Assembly: GCA_032718475.1 (NCBI GenBank)
Contig: JAUCBJ010008649.1
Coordinates: 1-33,550, forward strand
Source: Nemertoderma westbladi
Lineage: Eukaryota; Animalia; Xenacoelomorpha
Direction: 5' to 3'
DNA: 33,550 nt
Shown: piece after piece, positions 32,751 through 33,550 of the stretch
How positions within the stretch are numbered: position 1 is the stretch's first letter
Layout of the letters: every line of letters starts with the position of its first letter
The notes under the pieces: generated by a model
Databases searched by the model: none
Told to the model about the DNA's origin: nothing
Seen by the model: the letters and a program-made list of their open reading frames with translations, nothing else
Translations under genes and position numbers: made by a program

Positions 32751-32990
32751 TATAAGGTATACAGACAGATGCTGAAACCAAATGCCAAATAATATAAATG
32801 ATCAGACCATCCTGAAGACATACATTAGCATAGTCACTAGTGCCGGGGCCGTACTATTATATATCTCTCTCTATATACATACAGTACCTGAGTACCGGTA
32901 TTCTGATATTACTACAGGCAAATATAGCAGTATAGGTTGGCTAGGCTTATTCAAAACCCATACTGACATACTTTAAATCAATTCGATGAC

Positions 32991-33408
32991 ATGGAGAACT
33001 CTAACACGTATTCCTCCGCCGGAAAAATCATAGATATTTGGAGTTACTTCCAGAATATTGACTTCAAGGAACCATTTATACAAGGGATTATTGCCTTCCA
33101 TATTTTAGTTTTGTGTCTAACTGTACTATGTAAAAGAAGTTCGGTAGCGTTGGCAACTATTTTGGTTTTACTTTCTGCGACTCTGTATTCGGCGGAATGG
33201 ATCAACGAGATTGCAGCCCGCCACTGGAAACTATACGCTTCCCAACAATATTTCGACTCCAGTGGTATGTTTATCTCTTTGGTGTTTTCATTCCCGGGCT
33301 TTAATCAACATTTTTATTGTTGTGTTGATTTTAGTTTTTGATTCCGTTAATCTGATGGTTATTTCGAAAAGAAAACAACTGCGTGAAAGTTCGAAGAAAG
33401 ATAAATAG
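32991..33408 (+). CDS. TMEM18: Transmembrane protein 18, intronless, with an apparent 1-nt frameshift at ~33293-33298 (138 aa if corrected)
   Basis: [15 protein letters not shown]...[36 protein letters not shown], then in the next frame ALINIFIVV...[12 protein letters not shown]. Removing one base from TTCCCGGGCT restores one ORF. Confidence 0.9.
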
Positions 33409-33550
33409 ACAGCAGTTCGGGATTATCATTCAGGGCCGGTATCGTGTAACCGCGGATCTACAATGCAGTACGGAATTGATGAGAAAAATTTAACATATAA
33501 TATACCTCCTACTGCTACTATAATAATATAGCAATAACCACTATCAACCC

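Overview
AT-rich eukaryotic (invertebrate animal-like) genomic DNA; no prokaryotic operon, rRNA, tRNA or CRISPR signal seen. Bases 1-8968 hold the 3' part of a decayed BEL/Pao LTR retrotransposon. Its pol (RNase H, integrase, DUF5641) is followed by a PPT/LTR-like segment, then a ~4.2 kb fragmented extra ORF encoding a DEDDy (RNase D/WRN-type) 3'-5' exonuclease plus CCHC zinc knuckles, then a second PPT and a TGTAA...TTACA LTR. The rest contains five intronless host genes: a small N-acylation-motif Smr-domain protein, prefoldin 3/VBP1, ZNHIT2, kanadaptin/SLC4A1AP, and TMEM18 with a 1-nt frameshift. These lie among a hAT MITE with 8-bp TSD, a CAGTCGG-ended TIR element with 5-bp TSD, a probable non-autonomous Helitron, RTE-like LINE fragments, several minisatellites, and a 52-bp satellite with a four-monomer higher-order repeat. 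Paired repeat copies show TA-x-TA micro-insertions that look like Tc1/mariner-type excision footprints, which appear to cluster upstream of genes. All family assignments come from motif recognition by eye, not database searches.
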